NCBI RefSeq assembly: GCF_035594765.1
Contig: NC_085846.1
Coordinates: 21,501,190 to 21,565,189, forward strand
Origin: Anolis carolinensis
Taxonomy: Eukaryota
Direction: 5' to 3'
DNA length: 64,000 nt
Position 1 is the stretch's first letter, and the number at the start of each line of letters is the position of its first letter. The notes below the pieces were generated by a model. It had not been told where the DNA came from and did not search any database. It worked only from the letters and a program-made list of their open reading frames with translations. This document shows positions 41,038 through 53,189 of this stretch, piece by piece. Position numbers and translations under genes: made by a program.

Positions 41038-44000
41038 GTGAGCTACACTGTGTGCTTATATCCAAATGGGGATCAGAGATGTGTTTACGTTTTGTTCTCT
41101 TTGGTCATTGTCTTATTCCCCCCATAACTTTCTCAAAAGTTTTGGATAAATATAACCTCTCCTGCATTTAATTTGAAAAACTATTTGAAAACTGCTGTAA
41201 ATGCAGGAAACAGAGCGAGGAGAATCTGTGTCAAAAGTCATATAGATACCACTCAATATCTAGCTGTTAGTTTGAATTTCTCTTAGCAATACAGCTTCTA
41301 GAGCCAGGAAAGCTAGTTTTCTGCAAAACTAATTGGTCAAGAGACCTGGGTGTGTAATTTGAAAGAAATATATATGGTTGACTGTATTCTGGAAGCAATG
41401 GGTGTTGTATAGGTCTGGTTCTCATGCTTTGAAGGATGCATCTACACTGGAGAATTAATACAGTTTGACGTCACTTTAACAGTCATGGCTGGATGCTATA
41501 GAATCATAGGAATTGTAGTTTTACAAGGTCTTTAGTTCTCGCAATCATTGTTGGCGCCTCACCAAACTACAAATCCCAGGATTCCATACATTGACCCTTG
41601 ATGATTAAAGTGATATCAAACTTCATAAATTATCCAGTGTAGATACACCCAAAGACATGAATGGATCTTAAATTAGGAGCAGGTACAGTTTTTAAAGGCC
41701 GTTACTGCTGGTCTGGCTTCTTACGTAGTGCAAGTAAACCTACAGGTGTGCAGGTTTTCCACGTACAGTTACTACTTTCCCTTCATTTCCATTATTTGTT
41801 TCATTAGTGTTTTCTTACATGTCTGTCTGTTTTAATACTTGCATCTGGCTTTCTTATTTTATATTATTTTTACAAGAAGTTCATGTTAACTACTACTGTA
41901 TGTGGCGTTCTGCCCTCTGCAGGATGTCTGGAGAATGACTCATAGATATCCTTACAAGGGATATGTATTAGGCTTGTGCAGTCCAGGTAAACCTTGATCT
42001 GTTTCGTGTCCCGGTTTCGGTGGAGGCCTTGATCCATTTTTTTGGGAGCCTTCTGAAATTGGGAGGGGATATCTGTTTTTGCTCTGGGGTGCCGAAAGAT
42101 CAGCCCATTATGTGGGGGCTTCCCAGGCTCCCCTTCCCGTCCCTTTAGGCATTTAAGCTCTACTTTAGAGGGAAGGCACTCAGCTGCAGGCAGGCTCATG
42201 CTTTAAGGAGGCTTTTTGCCCATTTCTTACTCTAGAGGAGGTGCCTGGCTGCAGACAGGCGCATGTGCTTTCTGGGCCTACAAGCCACACATACTTTTCA
42301 AGGCAAGGAAGCAAGTTTACTCCAGAGGAGGCGCTCGGCTGCAGATAGGCACACACACTTTTTGGGCCTGCATGCCACACATGCACTCTTTCCAAGGCAA
42401 GGAGGCTGCTCACAAAAAGCAGGAGAAGCACCAGGATCGGCTCCCACTTGCTTTTGTGTCAAGCTGATTTTTGTACCAGGACTGGGCTTCCTATTACGTG
42501 CTCCTAAAGGTGCCGAAGGTTTTGGCATCATTTTTCAAAAGGCTGTGACTTCTAACAAGGTCATGCCTTTCCAAAGATCATAAAATCTCCAAAAAGTTAT
42601 GGAGATTTCCATTTTCCAAAATAGAGACGATCTTTCTGGGCATTACTACGTTCTCTCCAGTGTGACTTTATGGTCAACTTTCTGTAGAAGCATACCATAT
42701 AATTGCACTTGGGGACCTAGGAAATGCCTAGAGAATACATATTTTGTCATGTGAAGGTAAATTAAACTGTGAATTATAGATCTTGTGGCTACAGAAGGGT
42801 GTGTGTGGAGGAAGTCATACTGTACTCCTCCCTCCAGAATGGCAATGTGTTTTATATAGATTTATTTTAAAAATCAATTGTTGATCATTTTGAAAACCAA
42901 ATACAGATGTTGACAATTGCTTGCGAATTTCTGAATGGATCAGAAAATTATGTATGTTAACATAAATATAAAAATTATTATTTATTATTATGTTTATTTA
43001 TACCCCACTTTTTCTCTCCACAAGGAGATTCAAAGTGGCTTACATTAAAAGCATTTTAATCTACAATCTACAAATGTACAAACTTTAAAACAGAATTAAA
43101 CATCAATAGTATTGTAAAAAAAATCATGGTTAAAATCCATAAAAACATATTCAAAGTTACAAAATATAAAAGGTTAACAGCTTTTCTTGACTTGGACTTT
43201 TATGTCAGCATTAGAGGAAAGAGGACATTTCTGCTGGGCTGGTGAACAAAAGGAAACCCATCCTCACTGAATCAATAGCATTCTTTATTCATGGAAAGAA
43301 AGGAAAGCTGAACCAAATGAGTGCCAAAACAAATGCTGTTCCAGATTTTGTTGCCTCTATATAACTTTTGTCAATGGCGGTGCATTGAAAGCTATTATTT
43401 ATAATCAGATTACATCATTTTTAATTGTGGAATTTTGGGGTAGACCATTGTTTGCCAGGAGTCCCAAACATGCAAGTTAGAAAGCAAGGTCTGACCAAAG
43501 ATCTTTCTTTACTCTTTGCCAGATTTTCGAGAAGTCATTGAGGATGTCCTGCCTATTCTAAAGAATGAAGGTGTGCAAGTCTTCTATCTGAGTGATGCCT
43601 CCCCAACTCCTGGTGTGGAAGCTTTGCTGGGACGGATGAAATCCAGTTCAACTGACCCAATGCCTGTCTCTTCCAGAGCCAATATAACCCCTAATTCTAT
43701 ATCCCTGTATATTTTTACTTCTGGGACCACAGGTGAGTCGAACTTTGTCTACATTTACCTGAGAAACCTAGGCAGAAGTACAAGGCCGCTCACAACATCC
43801 TTATACCAAGAAGAGGGCGAGACACGAGGTGGCTGAGAGTGCTCCAGAGGGCTCTCAGCTGCTGTGTGCCTTCCTCCCCGTCCTTTCTGCATAAGGATGA
43901 GGTGGACCACCACTTCCTTATGCCAAGGGGACAGGAAAAATGAGGAGGGCCTGAGGTAGGTGCCCGGGGGCTACATCTGATCCCCGGGCTTTACTTTGCC

Positions 44001-44724
44001 CATGCCTGCCATAGAATCATACTGCAAGATTAACAAATACTTAGATAAGTATTCTCTTTAGGAAGCTGTAGTTCATTCATCGCAACTCTGACAGAAGGTG
44101 GCAATAGAGGCATAGTGGATGACCTAGAGATTCCTACATTAATCCACAAATAATCAAATCTGTAAAAATCAAACCTACAAACATAGAAGGCTAATTGTGC
44201 TACTTCTTGCTTGAGGCAATATTTGTCATTGTTAGATGAGCCCTTTCTCTTTCTCCGTCTTTCTCTAGGACTACCGAAAGCTGCTCCCATCACCCAGAGA
44301 AAGCTACTCATTGCGGCTGGCATGTTCGGTGTATGTGGGGTGAAGCCTCAGGATATCATCTATACCCCACTCCCACTTTACCACTCGGCTGCATTGCTTA
44401 TTGGAGTAGGAGGATGCTTGGAGGTTGGTATGTATAGAAGGGTTGAATACATAAGGGTTGAAACCCACTTCTACCTGTGTGTCTATTTGAAGAACTAGGT
44501 AGATGTGAGCAGTTTGAGAGATATTTTTGGTGAATTGACATCAAAGTGTAATGATTGTTTGGGAGAAGATTCATGCCCAGCTCTCTAGACTTTCATCATC
44601 TGAACCCTGAGATTTAAATAGGATGAATTCACAGCGTTTTTCTGTGTAAGTGTTCTGTATACAAAGTATTAATCATGAAAAATCCTGAATTCCTCTTCCA
44701 CCTTATGTAGTAGTAGTAGTAGTA

Positions 44725-44769
<45 letters not shown>

Positions 44770-45935
44770 TGTTACAGAATCAATCTCCCTTATCTGAAAT
44801 GCTTTGGATTTTGATTCCACACCCCTGATATTGGAATACTTGTATTTGCATATACTAAGTGAACGAGGAATAAGGGAAAGGGGGTTAGTCACACATCCAG
44901 CACCTGTCTTCCCTCTCCTCAAGGACCCCCTGTTCTACTACTATCAGACATCCAATGGGTGAAAGGGAGACAACTTCGCTTACACTAGGCTTGTGCAAAA
45001 AGCAGACATCCCAAATACTTCCATGGCTGTCAACACATGTTTCATCACCTTAGACGGAAGGGAGAGTAAAACCTGCCCCTGCCTCCCACAAATCCTTTTC
45101 ATTCTTCTGGATACAGACGGTAGTCACTGGGGTCATTCTGTATTTGTCCTCATGATGAATTTGTAGGAATCGCACCCTGCTGCAAACTACCATTGGTGGG
45201 TACTGGAAGTGTGACTAGCCCCCTTTCCCCAAAGGCAGAAGTTGTTGACGCCAAAAAGTTTCAGTTCTTTTAGTATTTCTGTTTTCCAGATTAAGGAGAA
45301 TCAATCTTATCTGCTTTTCCCTATTGATAGAGATGGTGAGCAACAACAGATGACGTAACATCAATTAAAATGATAAATAAAACCACTATATATTAAAATG
45401 TTGATATTATGGCTGACAGAGTTTCTATGAACTTTGTTTTTTTCTTACATCAGACTTTTTGTTGTTCCACAAGATTCATAATAACCTACTCCTTACCACC
45501 TTTCTTATTACTGTATATGCATGTATGTGACTAAGTTTCTGTGGGATCACTACTTGTGTAAGTGTGTGTTAAGAGAAAAACACCTGGTTAATTACAACTC
45601 ATGGTTGAGTAATTGGAACAATCAGGGCTAACAGGCTTGAGCCACTCCCTGAATGGGGTATATCTGGAAAATGTTTGCAATGTCTTTTGGGGGACTTACT
45701 GAATGCTTGCTGAGAGCCTACTATGAAGATGCATGAATTTAATGCAAGAGACTTTATGTGAGTTTTGTTGCTGGAAGTTTTATTATGATTTTTGACTCTG
45801 CTACTTAAGAGTAAATTTTTGATTTTCTCTTCCATTTTCGTGGCTTGTTTTTCTTTTGCTCATTGTGGATACAACAACAGACTGGATAAGTCTGGACAGG
45901 ACTGCACGCAGTTTGTTTTTCAACAAACCCGTAAC

Positions 45936-45969
<34 letters not shown>

Positions 45970-48900
45970 CTCTCTCTCTCTCTTTGGATTTCCTAAGGAG
46001 CTACACTTGTCTTGAGGTCAAAGTTCTCCGCTTCCCAGTTCTGGGATGACTGCAGGCGATATCATGTCACCGTGATCCAATATGTAGGAGAAATGATGCG
46101 GTACCTGTGTAACTCACCAAAGGTAACTGGGAGAAACCACATATGTTGGGTAAAAGGAGGCAAAATTGCTGTTGAGTCTAGAATATGAGCTGGAATAATT
46201 GCAATTTTCTTGGTATAAAAATATTTAGAATAACAATTCCTACCTATGGTTCATGTGGAGCCCCAGTGGCGCAGTGGGTTAAACTGCTGAACTTGCTGGC
46301 CGAAAGTTCTGTGTTTTGAATCTGGGGAGTGGGGTGAGCTCCTGTTGTTAGCCCCAGCTTCTACCAACTTAGCAGTTCAAAAACATGCAAATGTGATTAG
46401 ATTAATAGGTACTGCTCTGGCATGAAGGTAACGGTGCTCCATGCAGCCATACCGGTCACATGACTTAGGAGTTGTTTACGGACAACACCGGCTCTTTGGC
46501 TTAGAAATGGAGATGAGCACCAACCCCCGGACTCGGACTTGACTAGACTTAATGCCAGGGGGAAAGCTTTGCCTTTACCATCAATTGGCTTTGATCTTCT
46601 GTGTTTCCCAAGAATCAGTAAATGCCAATGGTCCATTCTCTAGAGTCTCTAGTTGAAAGTTAATCTGTGAATTACTGCCATTTGATTCCATATTGGGTAG
46701 AATGAAGGTTTGTCCACAACAGTCAAACCTGCAAATGTGGAGGGCTGACTATAAGAACCTTGTAGGAAAATCTAGCTGGGATCTTTTCAAGTCAGGATGA
46801 AAGAAAGCAATTTATAAAAGATCCCAGCTCAACCATTTAGAGTTGAGACACAGCACAGGCAAACAGCTGCTAATAGCACATCTGTATTACCACAATGATT
46901 GCCTTGACTAATTGCCTTGCAGAGGGACAATGACCGTGACCACAGTGTACAGAGAGCCATAGGCAATGGCATGCGGACAGAGGTCTGGAAGGAATTCCTC
47001 CGTCGATTTGGATTCCTGCAAATCTATGAGTTCTATGGAGCGACTGAGGGGAATTTTGGGTTCATTAACTACACTGGGAAAGTCGGAGCTGTGGGAAGAA
47101 TTCACTTCCTTCAAAAGGTAATGAAGTGGAAGATGATTCATGATTGGAGATGTGATTGGTTAGGAGGAATCCTGCTGTTATCTGCACTCCGTGAACAAAG
47201 ATCCTGCTAATATTGGCGTTTGAGTGTATACATCGATAAGAGACTTGAGAGGAATCTTCTGAAGATTGTATAGAAAGTTTGTGGTGGCATTAATGTGGAA
47301 TTATGAAGTTACTTTTCCTGCTTCAAGGATATGCTGTAATTCCTATACCAGAATAACAAACACACAGGTCATGTGAGTCGTTCATAAAATACATTCTGCT
47401 GCTTGCACAGGAACTTCTGCCTTTGGACTGACATTTCCATTTCATGTTTGTTCCATTTCAGAAAATGACAATGTTTGAAATTGTTAAATACGATGTTGAC
47501 CAGGATGAGCCAGTAAGAAACGAGAAAGGGCATTGCATCCCAGTAGCTGCAGGTATGTTTGTAAAATCAACATGCACGTATAGATTGGAGTTATATAAAG
47601 ATAGTATTATTTTTAGATGCCTTTTTCCTCTTTACAAATGATTCTGTACATTAAATACAAATTCATTATTTTAATGACAGCCCCTATGGAAAAAGATGGA
47701 AAGCCGTAAGAGGATGCTAAATGGTTTGTACCAGGACTATACATATTCATACACACACACACATACCTTAGTGGCTCAGGTAAAATCATTCTGATTGGTC
47801 TGAGGAATATTACAACCTCATTTTGCTTAAGTAACCTGAATACTGAATAGTGAGGAGGAAACAGCTTTTTTTCTGCTGTCCAGAGACTAGGATATGGAAC
47901 AATGGATTCAAACTACAGGAAAAGAGATTCCACCTCAACATTAGGAAGAGTTTGTTCAACTATGGAATACACTGCCTTGGAGTGTGGTAAAATGACTTTC
48001 TTTGGAGGTGTTTAAATAGAGGTTGGCTAGCTATCTGTGAAGAGTGATTTAATGTTATATTCCTGTATGGCAGGGGGCTGGATTGGATAGCCATTGTGGT
48101 GTCTTCAACACTATGATTCTTTAGCTTATTCCTCTGGTTCTTTTTTACTCTGCAGGCGAAACAGGCTTACTAGTGTGCAAGATCACTGAGGTCGCCCCGT
48201 TTTCAGGCTATGCAGGAGACCGCAAGAAGACAGAGAAGAAGATTCTTCGGGATGTCCTAAGAAAGGGAGACAGCTTTTTTAATAGTGGTGACCTTCTGAT
48301 GCAAGACCATGAAGGTTTTATATATTTCCAGGACCGAGTGGGAGACACTTTCCGGTAAGCAACAGAACACATCTACGGCATGGGTAGAACTGGCTCCTTT
48401 GCCTTTATTTACTGTGGTTGGGGACGCAGAATCCCTGCAGAAATGGAAAGAAATTTTTTAAAAAGCTACTTTTTAAACCTGGGGTAATACCTCTCTAAGA
48501 GGTATTCTAATGGAGATTGACCATAGACTCATGCTGCAGGAACTATAGGTGTATAGTGATGTGTTGGCTTTAGGAATCTTTAGGTTTTCCAGGACAGAAT
48601 TATGGTCAGCTCCATTCTGATAGACCTAGAAATTCTGAAAGAGACTGTATTAATCAGATCTGTGAATAATTAAATATGTACAGTTCAAACATGCAAATGT
48701 GGGTGGCTATCCGCATTTCTGTACAGTTCTCCAATGCACAAGGGTTTCTTGGGCAAAGAAAGAATAAAAACCAATTACAACAAAACAAGAAGAAAAACTA
48801 AAGAAAACATATTCAATACAGTTTAAAAATTTCCAAAATAAGCCTAGAATGCAGTTTTGAAACAATTAAACATTACTTTCAAACTGAATGACATCACCTT

Positions 48901-51840
48901 AAAAAAAGGGATGTTGTGTTGGTGGCTGATGTACCATTGGTTATGCTTGAGAATTGCTCTAAGCAATGTACACAGCAATATGTGTACGTCAGTCTACTTG
49001 TGTCCAAATGGACTGATATTCATGCACCTGTGTTTATGGTCCCATCTACACAGACATTATAATCCATCTTGAAGCTGGCTTGAGGCTGTGATGTCTACAA
49101 AATGTTCACCTCCAATGCAACCTCCAACAAGCATCCAGCCAGAAACTGTACTTTAAAAAACCTCACTGAAAAGCCCAAAACCTGCCACAAAATTTGCTAT
49201 AGCCAATCACTGTATGGCTGCTGTAAAACAGGAATTAGAGATCAACATGTGGAATACACATGAGGGCAAGGCTAGTGCTGGAACATTTGGATAAAAGAAC
49301 CAGATACATAGCTCATCTGGAAGGTAAACAAACTCCTTCCCCCTGGAAAGGAAGTTGATATTTTCCTTTCTTGCTTTGCCTTAAATTGTTGTAATGTAGA
49401 TCCTTATCAGATAAGGTGATTCTTTGCACTGCATCTTGTCGGATGAGATAGGGAGAAAAAAATATTTCTTTCAATTGGTTAATCTGCAATCTGTGAATTT
49501 GTGTGGACTCCACTCCAGCTTCAAGCTGGTTTCCAGGGTGCCTATGTAGGATTTTTGTATTTACTGCCTATGTAGAAAAACGAATCTGTTTTTCAACATC
49601 CTGAATTAGATTAAATTGCTGTGTGGAAGCACGTTGTCTACATATATACACATGCAGAATATGCGCACCACCCAGGCAGGTGATGATGTGAATTGGCAAA
49701 CAAAAAGCAAACCTTTGAGTAGAATCTCCCATGACTTCTCCCCTGAGTAAGGTGTTATTATTAGCATAAAAGACACAATATTAACAACTCCTCTCTCATT
49801 GCAGCTGGAAAGGGGAGAATGTTGCTACTACAGAGGTTGAGAGGACCTTGGCTGCATTGGACTTCATTGAGGAAGCCAATGTATATGGGGTGCCAGTGCC
49901 AGGTGGGTCTCAAATGCAGTTATTTTTATCACATCTTCGTGATGCCCTATTTAATGTCCAAATGTATGTCATGGGAAAGCTGTGACATCAGTACCTGATA
50001 TCATAGTTAGGAATTTTTATTCCAAGTATTTTTATTATTATTCCAAGAACATTATTATTCACGCTGTTAAAGATACTGATGTACTATTGTTTTTGGAACA
50101 CTGATCCTTTGGTGCATTTATAAGTTACGATTCAAAATGACCTTCTCCCACTCGGTTCTGTACAAAGTAGACTGCTTTCTTTAATGCAGGGCTAGACAAA
50201 TGCTGGCAGTCTGGGGAAGCATTTATAACATTTTTAAGGAAATAGAAAAATGGGAAGGCAAACTGTTTTGACACGAAGTGCCCCTGAACTGGCTCTGTTT
50301 TCCCACCATGGGGTTTCAGCTATTTGTCTCGTAATTCACATTTAGTTCCCCACAGGATAAAGGTGCAGTGTGTAGGAAAAAAAGGGAGGAGGGAACCATC
50401 CCTTCCTCTTGTAGAAGAAGCAACCTTTAGAGATTTTTCACATTTTTTTGTGTGTAATATGTAATCCCATTATTATTATTATTTTTAAAAACAACAACTC
50501 TGCTTTGTTTCAGGGCATGAAGGAAAGACTGGAATGGCAGCAGTACGGCTGAAAGATGGGCTCTCCTTCGATGGAAAAAAGCTGTATGCACATGCCAAGG
50601 ATTACATGCCAAACTATGCCATACCTCGTTTTGTGCGTCTCAGGGTGAGCATAAGAAAAACATCCAGAATAACACAAAAATTTGAGGGAGATCACACTGC
50701 AGATGGAATGATTAAATTAAGAAACACAGAGACCAGAGTTTGCAGGACTTGAGCTCATAGAGAAATCTTGGAGGTTTCTTATTCATAGAGATGTCATAAG
50801 CAGAGCCGCCCCAAGGTAATTTTGGGGGGTAGGCGAACCAAATCTTTGTGCCCCCCTGAATTTGCCCCCTCCCCCCCCCCGCGCACAAACCAATACCTGA
50901 GAGCTGGGGCGGCGGGGACCATCGCTCGCCAAATGGCCGAACGAGGTAGGCCAGGCTCCAGGAAGGCCTAGCTCTTCTAGGGAGACCTTGCGAGGTCTTG
51001 CGAAGTCTCGTCAGGTCTCCAGAGAAGAGCTTGGCCTTCCTTGTTCTGCCGTTTGGCGAGCGATGGTCCCCACCGCCGGGGACCATCGCTCGCCAAACGG
51101 CTGAACGAGGAAGGCAAGGCTCTTCTCGGGAGACTTCGCAAGGTCTCCCTAGAAAAGCTAGGCCTTCCTGGAGCCCGGCCCTCCTCGTTCGGCCATTTGG
51201 TGAGCGATGGTCACTGGCGGCGGCACCTGGATAAACACCGGTGCTAAATTTACACGGGGGTAAATTTACACGCCCCCCTTGATGTGCGCCCAATGCGATG
51301 GCTTCATCCGCTTCCACGTTGGACTAGCCCTGGTCATAAGTCGAAACTGACAGGAGGAACAATAAACGCAAATAAGGGTAATTAAGGAGGATGTGCCAGT
51401 ACAATGCCTTTATGGCTCTGATTATAGGCTTCCAGATGGACTCACAGACCAGCAGGCCTCCAATATAAGCCAACAATCAAAAGATTCAGCCATGGTTCTC
51501 CTGCAGGTTTTAGTGTTTGCAACCGGACACAATGAAAATCACCAAAGAATTAGGCAGGGAGTTCTTCCAATGTTCAGAGCCAAGTCTCATTCCTCTATTC
51601 TACTATATAATGTGACTAAATGATGTAGTCTAATTTGGGCTCCATGGGTTATTTTTTTTGCAGGAAGCCCTGGAGATCACTGAAACATTCAAACAACGCA
51701 AAGTTCAATTGGTGAAGGAAGGGTTCGACCCAGCCATCATCAATGACCCTTTATACTTCTTAGATGACTCGGAAAAATGTTACGTGCCCATGACTCAGGA
51801 GATCTTCAGCTCCATCACAAAGAAGAAACTGAAGTTGTGA
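40560..51840 (+). CDS. SLC27A2-like: Very-long-chain acyl-CoA synthetase / fatty acid transport protein (SLC27A2/SLC27A5 subfamily), copy 1; join(40560-41037,43523-43732,44269-44427,45998-46122,46923-47117,47462-47552,48156-48354,49805-49902,50514-50644,51664-51840), 620 aa
   Basis: Ten GT-AG-bounded exons of 478/210/159/125/195/91/199/98/131/177 nt sum to 1863 nt in frame. AMP-binding motif [27 protein letters not shown] motif SGDLL...[24 protein letters not shown]-terminal LKL. Confidence 0.92.
41434..41650. mobile_element. PIF/Harbinger-like MITE in intron 1 (duplicated at about 61783-61998)
   Basis: TIR GG.TGCATCTACACTG...CAGTGTAGATACACCC. Independent copies at about 13299-13495 and 56135-56352. 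Confidence 0.7.
43523..43732 (+). CDS. SLC27A2-like: SLC27A copy 1, exon 2
   Basis: TTGCCAG| ... LYIFTSGTT |GTGAGT. Confidence 0.92.
44269..44427 (+). CDS. SLC27A2-like: SLC27A copy 1, exon 3
   Basis: CTCTAG| GLPKAA...PLPLYHSAA |GTATGT. Confidence 0.92.
44707..44769. repeat. Compound (TAG)n(TAA)n microsatellite
   Basis: Seen directly in the sequence. Confidence 0.95.
45938..45983. repeat. (TC)n microsatellite forming the exon 4 polypyrimidine tract
   Basis: Ends about 14 nt upstream of the exon 4 start. Confidence 0.9.
45998..46122 (+). CDS. SLC27A2-like: SLC27A copy 1, exon 4
   Basis: CCTAAG| [42 protein letters not shown] |GTAACT. Confidence 0.9.
46257..46579 (+). mobile_element. Sauria SINE, near full length
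   Basis: GGAGCCCCAGTGGCGCAGTGG head; CCTTTACC tail. Confidence 0.85.
46923..47117 (+). CDS. SLC27A2-like: SLC27A copy 1, exon 5
   Basis: TTGCAG| [23 protein letters not shown] |GTAATG. Confidence 0.92.
47462..47552 (+). CDS. SLC27A2-like: SLC27A copy 1, exon 6
   Basis: TTTCAG| ..[18 protein letters not shown] |GTATGT. Confidence 0.9.
47850..48120 (+). mobile_element. Old CR1 3' fragment
   Basis: Diverged match to 17640-17938. Confidence 0.7.
48156..48354 (+). CDS. SLC27A2-like: SLC27A copy 1, exon 7
   Basis: CTGCAG| [16 protein letters not shown] |GTAAGC. Confidence 0.92.
49805..49902 (+). CDS. SLC27A2-like: SLC27A copy 1, exon 8
   Basis: TTGCAG| [19 protein letters not shown] |GTGGGT. 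Confidence 0.92.
50514..50644 (+). CDS. SLC27A2-like: SLC27A copy 1, exon 9
   Basis: TTTCAG| [22 protein letters not shown] |GTGAGC. Confidence 0.92.
50801..51332. mobile_element. hAT non-autonomous element with an internal double palindrome (intron 9)
   Basis: Perfect 8-bp TSD GTCATAAG (50793-50800, 51333-51340); CAGAGC...GCCCTG termini. Confidence 0.85.
51664..51840 (+). CDS. SLC27A2-like: SLC27A copy 1, exon 10
   Basis: TTGCAG| [34 protein letters not shown], stop TGA. Confidence 0.92.
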   Translation, partial: EALEITETFKQRKVQLVKEGFDPAIINDPLYFLDDSEKCYVPMTQEIFSSITKKKLKL

Positions 51841-52870
51841 AAGATCTTCCACAGGAAAACCAGGAGGAGGTGTAACTGGGAGACTCTTGACCTCTACCTG
51901 GGAAAGTGGAAGCTGCCAAACCAGATGATCAAAATCTGCCAACCCGGGGAACATGTTCTGATGTGTGACAAACCTGTGTGCATGAATGGCAGCTGGTGGT
52001 TCTCACGATTGGGATGATGAATGTGCTCTACATTTTACTATGAACTCTAAAGGAGTTATCTGGCGCCTTATTTGCAGAACATGGATAGCTCATTTTAAAG
52101 TTCAAACTAAAACTCAGGGCAGATTTATCATCTTGTTGGCTGCCTCTCACTACTGGTGTATGTGTGCATGTCTGTGAAATAATCCCTTTGCTTTTTCCTG
52201 ATGTGTCCACATGGGTTGTTGGTTCTGCATTGTATATATTGGAAACTCTGTAGAAGATGCAGTGAGAAGGGTCTGGTGCTCTTCACTGTCTGGAATGCTT
52301 TTCCTTCCTGTGATTCACATGTGTGTGCTGCACCAACTGATACAAATATAATCATAGGCCAAGTGTGCGACAGCAGATACTTATGGGGAAGTTCGATTTT
52401 GCCTACAGGAAGAAGATATCTTTCTCCATTGCCACATTCATATTTATTGTGGAGACCCACCTCTGTAACAGATAGAACCATTCTTTTAAATATGGTCACT
52501 GAATCTTAGGTGAAGTCACTCTCTGCCTCAGAAGACACAGCAAGATGTAATTCCCCTTAAATCAGTTTCTAGTTTACCTTACCCTAGGAAAAAAAATCAC
52601 TCTATATTCTAGAAGCTTTTATCTAGTCAGATTACCTACACAGGTAAAATATCAGAAGACCTAGAATAATGCTTAATTTGAGTAAGGACTTCATCACATG
52701 CAATAAAATCAGCTTTTCTATACATTTAAGAAACGGCTAGTGATAGAGCCCATCACATAACGCTAGCTTGTACCATGAGTTCCAGGTATTTTGCCGTTTC
52801 AAAAGTGGGGTTTTTTTCCTATGCTTCCTAAGTTAATTGGCAATCGACTTCTTTTTTAATTCCCTGCATA

Positions 52871-53189
52871 AAGTAACGGTAAAGGTTTTCCCCTGACATT
52901 AAGTCTAGTTATGTCAGACTTTGAGGGTTGATCCTCATCTCCATTTTTAAGTCGAAGAGAGGCTTCCAAGGTCACGTGGCTAGCATGACTGCATGGAGCG
53001 CCATTAGCTTCCCGCCGGAGCAGTACCTATTGATCTACTCACATTTGCATTTCTTCGCACTGCTAGGTTGGCAGAAGCTGGGGCTAAACAGTGGGAGCTC
53101 ACCCTGCTCCCTGGATTTGAGCTACTGACCTTTCAGTCAGTAAGTTCAGCAGCTGAGCGGCTTAATCCGCTGCGCCACCGGGAGCTCCC
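52871..53189 (-). mobile_element. Sauria SINE
   Basis: 13-bp TSD AATTCCCTGCATA (52858-52870, 53190-53202). Confidence 0.9.

Noticed and set aside
50712-51317. 201-aa ORF with internal repeats
   Set aside because: It arises from the GC-rich palindromic hAT element.
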